DNA of 64,000 nucleotides, taken from the NCBI RefSeq assembly GCF_000143415.4, contig NW_003314320.1, forward strand, positions 662,183 through 726,182, in the 5' to 3' direction. Numbering within the stretch: position 1 is the first letter of the stretch; each line of letters begins with the position of its first letter. The position numbers and the translations under genes are program-made. Shown here piece after piece: positions 36,763 through 48,481 of the stretch. The notes beneath the pieces were generated by a model, which was given only the letters and a program-made list of their open reading frames with translations, made no database searches and was not told the DNA's origin. This DNA is from Selaginella moellendorffii (lineage: Eukaryota; Plantae; Lycopodiophyta).

Positions 36763-39700
36763 TTGTCTGTGGGTGATAGGCTGTGCTGAATTTCAACTTG
36801 GTGCGATATTGTTCCAGGAGAGTTTTCCAGAACCTACTAGTGAAGATCTTATCTCGATCTGAGATAATCTCTTCTGGCCTTCCCCACACTTGAACCACTT
36901 GTTCGAAGAATAGCTTTGCCACACCTTCCGCATCCACTTCCATTGTGGTGGGTATGAAATGTGCCATCTTCGAAAATCGGTCCACCACCACGAATATCGC
37001 ATCAAACCCCTCGCTTGGGGGGAGTCCTGTGATAAAGTCCATCGTAAGACACTTCCACGGACAATCTGGAATTGGGATGCTTTGCAACAAGCCCCCACTA
37101 GCCTTAGTCATGGCTTTGACCTGCTGACGTGTTGGACATGTCTTTACATAGTCTTGGACGTCCTTAGCCATATCTGGCCAATGGTACTTCCTCTTGAGTA
37201 AGCCTATCATCTTGGGCACTCCGCCATGTCCCGCAAGAGGTCCGTCATGACACTCTTTTAAGGCTACCTTCCTTAGTTCCCCTTTTGGAACATACACCCT
37301 CATTTGCTTATAATAGATGAGTCTGTTGCATTCTGCATAGCCCGTTTTCTCTTCCGTTGGCAACTCACCTCTCTAGTGAGCTTCTCGTGCCTCTAGATTC
37401 CTTAGCAACACTTCTTGTGCTAGACCATCATTCTTATATGCTGTCCATACATCGTCCCAAAGGTTGTTGTCGCATTGGATCGCCAACTTCAAGCTCGCTT
37501 TTCGACTTAGCACATTTGCCACGATGTTGCTCTTCCCAGGCTTGTACAAAATCTCGCAATCAAACTCGGCCAAGGCATTGGCCCATCGACCCTATTTCCC
37601 TCTCAGGTCGGGCTGTGACAAGAAGTGTTTCGTTGCCACATTGTCCGTGTAAACCTTAAAGTGTCTCCTAAGGTAGTGTTGCCACTCCTTGAGTGCCTTG
37701 ACCACCACAAACAATTCTTTCTCGTGGGCAGGCCACTTCCTTTGAGCCTTGTCCAACTTCTTCGAGAAGAACGCTATTGGATGGTTGTCTTGCTTCAAAA
37801 CTGTGCCCAATGCAAAGTCTGAAGCATCTGTTTCAACCTCAAAGTCCTTACCAAAGTCTGGTAATGCCAACACGGGAGCCTTCCTCAACTTTCCTTTGAG
37901 GTGGACGAATGCCGCCTCGCATTCCGTTGTCCATACCATCTTCCCTTTTCCCGTTTGGTCCGTTAAGGGCAGGGCTACTCTCGAATAGTGTTTGATAAAC
38001 TTTTGGTAATAGTTGCATAGCCCCAAGAATGCCCTCAACTCATGTACATTTGATGGTCGCTCCCATTCCTAGATTGCTTGGACCTTCTCCGGGTCCACCT
38101 TGAGCTCGTCCTAGCCCACCACATGCCCGAGAAATTTTACCTCTTGTTGAGCAAAGTCACATTTGCTCTCTTTAGCATACAGTTTATGTTCCCTTAGTTT
38201 CTCAAACACCTTGGTCAAGTGTTCGACATGCTCCTCTAGAGTCTCACTATAGATCAGGATGTCATTGATATAAACAACCACGAAGTGATCCAAATAGGGT
38301 ACAAAGATATGGTTCATCAATGCCGAAAATGTTGCCGGCGCATTGCACAGCCCAAAGGGCATCACCAAAAACTAAAAGCTCCCACACCTCGTTCGACAGG
38401 TTGTCTTCTCGACATCTTCCTCTACTACCCTGATCTAGTAGTATCCTAACTTTAGGTCGATCCTCGAGAAGTATTTTGCCTTTCCCAACTGATCGAACAG
38501 GTCCTCAATCCTTGGCAAAGAATACTTGTTCTTCTTTGTATACTTGTTAAGCAACTGGTAGTCTATGCACATGCGCATAGATCCATCTTTCTTTTTCACA
38601 AAGAACACCGGCACCCCATACGGTGACTTGCTCAACCTAACATACCCTTTGTCCACCAACTCCTTTAGTTGGCACTTGAGCTCCTCGAGTTCTTTTTCGT
38701 TCAAACGATAGGGGGGATGAACCACCGCCTTAACACCCTCGACTAGCTCAATCTTATGTTCCAGTCGTGTGAGGGGCAACCCCGCCGGTAGCTCCTCTGG
38801 CATGGTATCTTGGAATTGGTCCAACACCCACTGGATCACTAAAGGTACTTCTTCCGTTCCTGTCTTTTTGTCACTCTTCACCGAGAGTAAGCACAAAATG
38901 CTGCCTTAGTTCCTTTAGTGAGTTGTCCTTCCATGGACACCAGATTTAAGCAAGAATCTTTGGCCTTGCTTTGCCCTACCTTCAGATCTTGGGCTTCCAC
39001 CCTAGATCTTTTTCCTTGGGCATTCGCTAGTACCACAAAGTTTCTACCTTGTCCATAAAGGGCTACCACGAACCGATTGAACCAATCCATTCCGAAGATC
39101 ACGTCAAATCCCGCCATGTCCAACACGGTGAAATCCATGTCCACTTTCCATGTCCCTACTTCAACTGTCGCTTGTCGAAGTACCTCATTGGTGCTTTGGC
39201 TACCTTGAATAAACTCTATAGTCCTTGGTTTGCCTAGCCGCTGCACCATTAGTGTGGCTTGCCGGACTATGTCTGGAGCCACAAAATTATCCGAAGCACC
39301 CGTGTCAATAAGGATCTTAACAAAGCTACCTCTGAGCTTGCCTTGGAGGGCTAGTAGATGTCGCGAATGACTCTCTACCAAAGTTGCTCGTGTAATGAGT
39401 AACTTTGAGTTAGGGACTGGATCACATACCTCAGTTTGGACTTCACCCGACTTGATGGCCATATTGGCTCTAGCCTTCTTTGGGTAGGGACATTCCCTCG
39501 AAAAGTGTCTCGCTTCACCGCAATTGTAACATATGTTGTTTCCCATGCTGCTATATGACTTGACTTTGTTATCCATGGGTTTGTCTCTTTTTGCTTAACT
39601 CCCCCATGTACTTGCTCACTGGCCATCGGACTTGCCTTTCCGGAACCCCGAGGACTCATTCTTAGAGAAACTCTTCTTGAATTTCCCTCTGCTATACGTT

Positions 39701-41230
39701 CCCCTTGGTTTGGTCCCTTTGCTAAGCGTGGACCCCGACCCCGTCATGTTCCCCTTTCGCAGTTTATCGTTGAAATGCACCTTGATGGCCGCATCCAACA
39801 CTTCCTTGCAGTTGGTTGGGCTCCAATGCATCACCTCACTGCGAGCCCAAGTTTGCAAACCTAATATGAAGGCATGGAACGCATCCATATCCCCCATGTC
39901 TGTGACAAGTATCCTCTTTGCCATAAACCCATTCACATACTCCTGAATGGTTCCGGTCTGCTTCAGCCTACTCAGCTCGTCCCTTAGATGCAGAGTAGCA
40001 TTTGGAGGAACGTAAGTCACGCGGATCCTCGCCTTCATCATTTCCCAAGTGGCCACTGATCCTTCGTTGGCCTCTGTCGTTCTCTACCAAGACTTGGCAT
40101 TATCTGCTAAGTATGGTTTTGCACATAAGACCTTCTCCGAGCTTGGTAACCACAACGCTCGGAAGTAGTCCTCCATATTGTAAAACCAATCCTCCACCAC
40201 CTTATAGTCGTTCACTCCCTTGAAGACCAGTGGGGGCTTTGGTTTGTACTAGGGAACTGCCTCACTGGAGTCCTCCTCATGCAAGGATTCCTCATCCATA
40301 ACCTCTTGTTTGGCCAGAGGCTCCAGCTCTGGCGGAGGTTCCGTCTCCGCCTGGGTTCGCTTATGCCCTGCCTTTGCCATCTCCCAGTAATCTGCCTCTA
40401 TCCTTTGCTAGAACTGAGGAAGAGGCTCCGATACCAAATTGTAAGCCACAAAAGTTTTCCTTTCCAATTTGCCAGCTTACCTCGTCTATCCGACCAACAC
40501 TGCCTTGGCTTGTGCTAAGTTCCCTCGCCAAGGTTCCCATCTATTGTATCAGCTCCTACTTAGTCCTACTTGGTTTCAGCTACTCACTGCACGAGCAACG
40601 GAGCGTTAGCTAAACCTTAGTAGCCGAACCTTAAATCCACGGATTCCCAAATCTCTCCCAATCCCCCTCCCTGGGTTAGACTGGATTTAAGGTTCGGCTA
40701 CACTCTCCACAGGCACAAGCAGCTAAGCACACCAAGCCTTCAGGTTCTTAACACCCCTTGGTACAACAAGACTTGATCATGGGACCCTCTAAATCCCAAG
40801 CCTTGGGTGCAACACTTGCTTCGGGACATCGAGGTGAAACACCGTGGCCTAACGGCCCGGTATGGGTACCTCTACCCCCCCACTTCCATCCCGAAGGGAA
40901 GGCCTAAGCCCCTAGGAAGGGTAAGGACCAATGAGCCACAAGGTACTCAAATGGGGCACCACTCCACATGAGCCAGGAGCACTGCTGTCAATTTCCCTTT
41001 TGGGAGTGGGAGTTGCTCTTGAGCACTTCCTTGGGTGGCCCCTCCGGCACCACCCAAGCCCATGCTCACTCCCACCCAAGGCCCCTCGGCCCCAGTCTTA
41101 ACCTCAAGTCAGTTTGGAAGCACCACTAGAGAGTTCCTTCAACACTGGTTCCTAGACCTCACTATCCCTACTATACTTTTGAAACCCCCTACATCCCCCC
41201 CTCTGGGAGATGCATGCTTTGGGCTTTCAC

Positions 41231-44200
41231 TGTAGCGCACGTGGTTTTGACCCTTTATCCTATGGTGATTTACCATAGGATAACACCACGAAGCGGAACC
41301 TAAACCCTCTTTGTGCCACGTGACAGATGCCACATGTCACATGCCACATGTCCATAGGAACCCGAGGTTCAGGGCCTTGGGCCACTGAACGAAGGAACGG
41401 TGCCAAACTCCCAAGCGTGGAGCCAAGGAGTGATGGAACCGGACCACGGAGCAACTCCCGAGCATATAGGCCAAGGAGCGAAGGGACAGGAGCCCGGAGC
41501 GACTTGGAACAGTCCTGAAGCAACCAGCATCCCAATGCCAGGACTAACACGCAAAACGGAGCCAAACGGAGTCTGGCGCTATTTCGGCATACCGATGGCC
41601 TAACGTGAGGATATGGGTACTCCACCAGCTAGCATGGAATGGAACTTGGGCTTAGACCCAAGCCGGACGCAGAACAAGGACAAGCACGCAAGCGGGAGCT
41701 AGACTATGCCTCAGGTTGGTCGGCCATGCCCGACCTACCCACTATCCCTACTATACATTTGGAACCCCCCACAGCTCCCCCCCCCTTGAGGAACACACGC
41801 TTTGGGCTTTCACCCCAAGCCTCCCTTAGTATCAGGAGTTAGTCTCTAGGACAAGCTCGAAACTTACTAAATATAGAATGTCCCTAGATTGCGAAATTGG
41901 ACACGGAACGAACACCATTGTGTTCAGGCCAACCTCTACATTCCGTAGATATGCCAAATGAGCAAATCTGGACACTTTCCATAATTAGCATTTAGGACCG
42001 AAATGAGACTAACACAAAGGGCATGATAGCGAGGGTGTTTGGCAGACACGGTAAGCTATCATGTAGCGATATTGAGGGACCAATCTCAATACGTGAGGGT
42101 TCTTGTCACTAGCCAGTGCAAGACATAACGAGACGGGAACTCCTTACCGGGCTAAGTATGCTTAGCTAATAACACGTAGGAATTCCGTCCTTATGCTCGT
42201 CCGGTCTAAGTACACTCGAAATGCCCAGTTAACTCCACTAGCACAAGAGGGACTGATAAAGGGTCCAGCAATACTGACCTCCTGCCGTCGTGGCAGTAAG
42301 GTAAGAGTGTCCGTAAGGACTGGTCGACAGGTAACTTTCGATACCCGAAGTCACATTCGCGACACTCTCCCCCCCTTGGGAAGATCGACATCCTCGTCGA
42401 TGCACACTTGAGTCTAGAATACCGCCAAGGAAACAACTCCAGAAAAAGTTCACGGTACTCACACTATGTGAGAAATGCACCGACTTAAATGAGTTAGGGG
42501 GAACCTCTTTGTCTAACGCTGATGCGCTACCAGCTCAGACACCTTTCGGCCGTCACCGACAAGGAAATGACCAACGGAGTCAGCCACCCTTGCTGCTCTG
42601 GGTGTCACCCAGCTACAAAAGTGTGATATGCCCTGCCCGCAGGAACATAGAGAGAGAAGCCAGAGGCCCCAACCCTCCTGAGTAAAGAAACCAAACCCGT
42701 CGGTAAGGTTTAGATAGACTACTGTAAACAGGTAGTGTAGAGTTGTTTACACGGTCACGCCCTTTCACAGAATAAGGAACATCGACAGAGAGGCAGGTTA
42801 TGTGACCAGTCGACAGTAGCTATCCCATGACTAGAGATTTCAACATGCACACGAAGTGCCGAAGCCAGTCTGCCTATACTGGCCCAAACTCAACGAGCAA
42901 TAGATGGACAATATCAAAGTCAGAGACAATGATATCTGAGAAGCTTAATTACTAGTGATTATATCTTAGAGTAGAACACAAAAGTATTCCACATAAGTTA
43001 TCATCCGATAACCTAGTATTTATAGTGTAGGAACCACCAAGATCATCAGTTCGGGAAATATAGGATTAACCATCCAACAAAATTCAATAGCAAGTAGATC
43101 ATCAAGAAAACTCAATGAGGAAACTTAACTACCAAAAATAATAGATAGTAAGCCAACAACTTACTAGAGAGAACTCAAAGAACACAAAGTATCATTGACT
43201 AACAAGCACAATGCTCGTGAATGTATCACCCAAAGGAAATAACATCCAAATCTATCAAAACTAACTCGAGCAACGATCAACAGAAGAGAATGAATGTGGT
43301 AAAACCAACAAACACTCATGCCTGCCAACTATCACAAAAGCTAATCTGAATAGATCCCAGCCAACAACACCAAGGAACTCAAGTTGCCTAAGCAAGTGTT
43401 AGCAACATCCTACTGATGTCTCAAGCCCAAGAGACCAAACCAAAGCAAACCACAAAGAACATGTGGTATTGCAAAAAGCCATAAGCTATCAAAGAGAATA
43501 ACTAACCATCATGAAAGATCATCAATCATTCCATCAATAAAGAGATGCATAATCATCGTCTAAGAAGGAATCCACCATCCCGAAGAACGGCAAACCATTC
43601 TATACCAACAATAATCAAACAAAACTTTTTGACATGGATAATCAATTATCCTAGATGATAGTCAATCATCACCAATGATTGCTAGATGCAAATACTAACT
43701 TCAACATTGAAGCTAATGAGCCAAAATGCCTTCCCCAACAACTTCTAACAAATGGAACAATGAGCATAAAACTCAAAGAACCAAAGCTCGAAGAAGCCTA
43801 TAGCCAAGTCTTGCTTAATAATGATCACAAGTCTCATAGAAGCTAACTTCAATGCTAAAGAAGTAATCATGGTGCAACCCACAATGTCTTCTTCAATACA
43901 TCCATAAGCCAAACTTCATAATGCCAAAGCTAATGAAGAGCATTTCTGCATCAATCCAAAAGCTAAGCACAATGGAGCTATGCTCAACAAGTGATCACTA
44001 AATGATCCTCCATGAATCCATTTATAGCAAGACGTAACTCACTTCATAGCAAGCACAAGAAGAATCATCAATGATAGATATTTCAACTAAAATCCCAAAA
44101 GGATTCAAAATATTCCAACATCAATCACTAACTCTCCCACTTGTAAAGTTAGCATAGTCCATGACTAAATCACTTTTCAAGGAAAAGCTCAAAGCTCAAC

Positions 44201-47200
44201 CCCTACTAAATAATCTCATCTAGAACACAACAAACTCAACTTGCCACTCAGTTCATTTGAACGTCAACACAGTTGCTAATTAGCAAATGCATGAATGCCA
44301 ACAACACAAAGCCATAGCCAAATCATCAACACTATCTTCATTAAGATTAATAAAACTCAATATCAATCCTAAGGAGAGACATCTCATTTCACTTTGAATC
44401 TCAACCTCAATAATGTCAACGACAAGGCATCACTTCAATGCCATCAACACCAAAACAAAGCTAGAAGAAAGCACGAGTGAATCACCACTCGGAGCTTTCC
44501 AGCAACCAAGCTAACCAAAGTCGAAGATACTATACGTAGTATCCGAGACCAATCCTTCAGCAAAACTTAGTTTCAGATAACACATCATCAAGGAGTGAAT
44601 CACCACGTCCAAGACTCAATGAAATCCAACACTACGGACTAGATGTAACCCAATGATATCGACAGAGGTAGAGTCGATATATCAACATGAAAAACTCATG
44701 TAAGTCTAACGACACAATCCTCCGCAACACCATTCGATAAAGCAAGCCCATCACTGCTGAATCATCATCGAGCAAAGCAAGTGTCAACAGTCCTTGACGA
44801 AGTCAACAAGCAATCACTAATTGCAAAGCAACTAACACTCACTCCTCAACTTGCCTTCACAAGACCTAAACACCAACTCTTGTCATCAAGTTATATACTT
44901 GTCCAACATGAACATAATACCGCAGGTACGAGATAAGAGTTCATAGACAAGCACAAACTAAATGACCACTCGAATCCAACTCAACCGCAATAAACTCACA
45001 AAAACATTTAGCCATTTAGCTCTGAGCATGCCTTGAAGAGGCTAGCTATACAATCAACACTCAGTCGAAACTAAAGTGAAGACCATGAGATGGACTCATA
45101 TTGGTACACAACTTCCTCATAGACAAAGCTATAGTACGGGTACCAACATCGCAACCTCAAACAACAAAATTGGATATCACCATCCTCAGCCAAGGCACAG
45201 GGCCACCAAGACCAAGTCAAGATTAGTGAGAGCTCACTACTCTCATAGAGTCTAACGTAATGCAAGGTACAACCTGCCACTAAGCACAACGCTACAAAAG
45301 AAAGGTACAAGGGTCACCTTTCTGAGAAAAGTGCAACGGCCACTTTTCTATATCAACTCTAGACTCTATCCAACTCAATTGTTTTAGCCCCAAAAGTTAA
45401 CATCCCTTTCGGGCCGCATTATACAAACTACTTACTAAGATCTAAGCCAACTGAAGTCAACTCCAACCTCTTCACTAGTTTGTATTGGCTTACGAAAACG
45501 GAATGGTTTTCGGTAAAGTGACCAACAGATCAGCCATTGGAGAAGTCTAAGAAAATTTGTGGAAAATTTCCCATCCTAGAGAAAGAATGACTCTCAGTCC
45601 AGGATTGCAAACTTTCAAGACTCAACCAACTTCCTCCTACCTACAACTTCACATAGGTTCACCTCAACACAAATTCTCATGATCCATCAATATGCTTAAG
45701 CATCAAACATCTTTGCCCATTTTCCCGATATCCAACTTCGACATCCGCAAAATGCAAAATGAACATCCAAGGCTTGATCACAAAGACCACATCTTCGGAT
45801 ATCCATATTGCACTAACACTCTTCTTCAATCACCTTCAAGATCCAATGTGAAGCCAAAACACTAACAAGAAAAATGACATGGAAAAAAATCAAGATCCAA
45901 GGAAAATTCCTCATCACTTGAAATAACAATGCCACTTCCACTAACACAAGTGCTAGCAATGTCAATGCCTCAACTACACACCTTCTCTATACAACAATCT
46001 ACTCCAAGTGCTAATGGACCAACCGACAAGTCATAGCAAGTGAATGCTATAACCCTTTTTCAACACCAATGGGCAAACTCAAGGAAACAAAGTACCAACT
46101 TAAGCTTAGCACAATGGATCACCTCCAAGAATCCAATTAAAGCTACTACAATGCTACTACGTGCAGGTAGACTAGCTTCACCATCAACCACTTTGGGGTT
46201 GATCATCATTTACCCAAGCAACTCTGTAAACACATTGCTCATTATCACATGGATATGATATAAATCACAATGACTTGATCATCAATTGAGTAACGCAATG
46301 AGCAATGCTTATGTCATTACTTCAAACGTTTATGTGAGTATCAAATGCCAACTCGATTCGACAAAATGCAACATAAATGCCACACTCCACCAATAGAGAT
46401 TTACGACACCCAACACCACTAACTTTTGTTCACAACACAGACAAGCTCATGCCACTCTCTTTCCGACCAATCTCAAAACTATTCCAACACCAAGCTACTC
46501 AAGGAGAAATAGCAAGGTTCCCCGGAAAAGAATTGAGCATTGCAACCCAAGCCTTTCAATAGCGAGCCTAGACAAAATGGTTTAGTGTTTCACCACTATC
46601 CATCCCATAACTCACCACTTGTAAGACCATCACTACCAACATGCATCAAGGTAGGGACTCTTGATTGCATAATGTGAACACAAGCAATGAGTTAACACCT
46701 CGTTGCAAATCATCTCTCCAAAAATAGAAAATGATTTACGTATTTGATCCTTCGTCCCCGATGACTCTCTTTTCAGTCTCATCTTTGACTAAACTTTAAG
46801 CTTGCTTTCGCACTACCTTCAGTTCAATCCAAGAAAAGTTTATGAGAGAGCACGGCCATGACTACTTGAACCAATAGACTAATCCCTATAGTCTTAATTG
46901 TTCCACTTATAATCATGCCTAGGAAGGATCCACTAGTGCCGTGCTAAATAGCTACAAACCAGCCTATTTGCCACTCATAGCAAACCCAGAGAGTTTGCTT
47001 TCACCCATGGCACAAGGAACAACTCATAGAACCACCGATAGGCTAACATTAATCCTGCCAACTCAAAGTGTAACCTCGAGTTGCTAATGCGCCTCACTCA
47101 CGAGCCCAAGCGCAAACTCCTGTAACAAAACAATTTAGTCCACCCTATGAGCCCAAGAGCAAGCTCACATATTATGAAACACAGAGGTAACCAAAACCTA

Positions 47201-48481
47201 TCCCAAGGAACTAATGTGAAGTTTTTGCACCAAAACGTGTACCCACTCGGATCATCGTTTTCATCTCTGCGTATGCAACGAGACTAGTTGCCCAATCTCA
47301 TTGGATAGTTCTCGCCGAGACTCTACCTCTGATACCAAATGTAGCGCACGTGGTTTTGACCCTTTATCCTATGGTGATTTACCATAGGATAACACCACGA
47401 AGCGGAACCTAAACCCTCTTTGTGCCATGTGACAGATGCCACGTGTCACATGCCACGTGTCCATAGGAACCCAAGGTTCAGGGCCTTGGGCCACTGAACG
47501 AAGGAACGGTGCCAAACTCCCAAGCGTGGAGCCAAGGAGTGATGGAACCGGACCACGGAGCAACTCCCGAGCATATAGCCCAAGGAGCGAAGGGACAGGA
47601 GCCCGGAGCGACTTGGAACAGTCCTGGAGCAACCAGCATCCCAATGCCAGGACCAACACGCAAAACGGAGCCAAACGAAGTCTGGCGCTATTTCGGCATA
47701 CCGGTGGCCTAACGTGAGGATATGGGTACTCCACCAGCTAGCATGGAATGGAACTTGGGCTTAGACCCAAGCCGGATGCAGAACAAGGACAGGCACGCAA
47801 GCGGGAGCTAGACTATGCCTTAGGTTGGTCGGCCATGCCCGACCTACCCACTATCCCTACTATACATTTGGAACCCCCTATAGGCCCCCCCCCCCCCCCC
47901 CCCCCTTGAGGAACACACGCTTTGGGCTTTCACCCCAAGCCTCCCTTAGTATCAGGAGTTAGTCTCTAGGACAAGCTCGAAACTTACTAAATATGGAATG
48001 TCCCTAGATTGCGAAATTGGACACGGAACGAACACCATTGTGTTCAGGCCAACCTCTACATTCCGTAGATATGCCAAATGAGCAAATCTGGACACTTTCC
48101 ATAATTAGCATTTAGGACCGAAATGAGACTAACACAAAGGGCATGATAGCGAGGGTGTTTGGCAGATACGGTAAGCTATCATGTAGCGATATTGAGGGAC
48201 CAATCTCAATACGTGAGGGTTCTTGTCACTAGCCAGTGCAAGACATAACGAGACGGGAACTCCTTACCGGGCTAAGTATGCTTAGCTAATAACACGTAGG
48301 AATTCCGTCCTTATGCTCGTCCGGTCTAAGTACACTCGAAATGCCCAGTTAACTCCACTAGCACAAGAGGGACTGATAAAGGGTCCAGCAATACTGACCT
48401 GCCGTCGTGGCAGTAAGGTAAGAGTGTCCGTAAGGACTGGTCGACAGGTAACTTTCGATACCCGAAGTCACATTCGCGACA
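41231..48481 (-). mobile_element. Non-autonomous LTR element C (LARD-like), inserted in the 5' LTR of B
   Basis: Near-identical LTRs 41231-42364 and 47340-48481. Perfect TSD TTCAC (41226-41230, 48482-48486). PBS TGGTATCAGAG 47327-47337 (minus); PPT 42365-42375. About 5 kb of internal sequence with no recognisable coding frame. Confidence 0.95.

Larger units (their letters stand above)
35870..40380 (-). pseudogene. gag-pol of element B (Gag, CCHC knuckle, aspartic protease, RT, RNase H, integrase, GPY/F, chromodomain) with nonsense and frameshift lesions
   Basis: CYNCGEARHFSREC; LIDTGASDNF; [19 protein letters not shown] (YIDD mutated); ETDASD, EKEL; HDGPLAGH, MDFI, ISDRD, GQTER; FTGPYEI; EYEVEAIL...VKWKGF...WEPEENL. 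Many in-frame stops consistent with C>T/G>A changes. Confidence 0.93.

Noticed and set aside
37363-39620. Further possible introns or programmed frameshifts at other gag-pol breaks (37373, 37592, 38111, 38435, ~38890, 39595-39618)
   Set aside because: These are in-frame nonsense codons or a 1-nt indel with no extra sequence to remove, i.e. ordinary decay.
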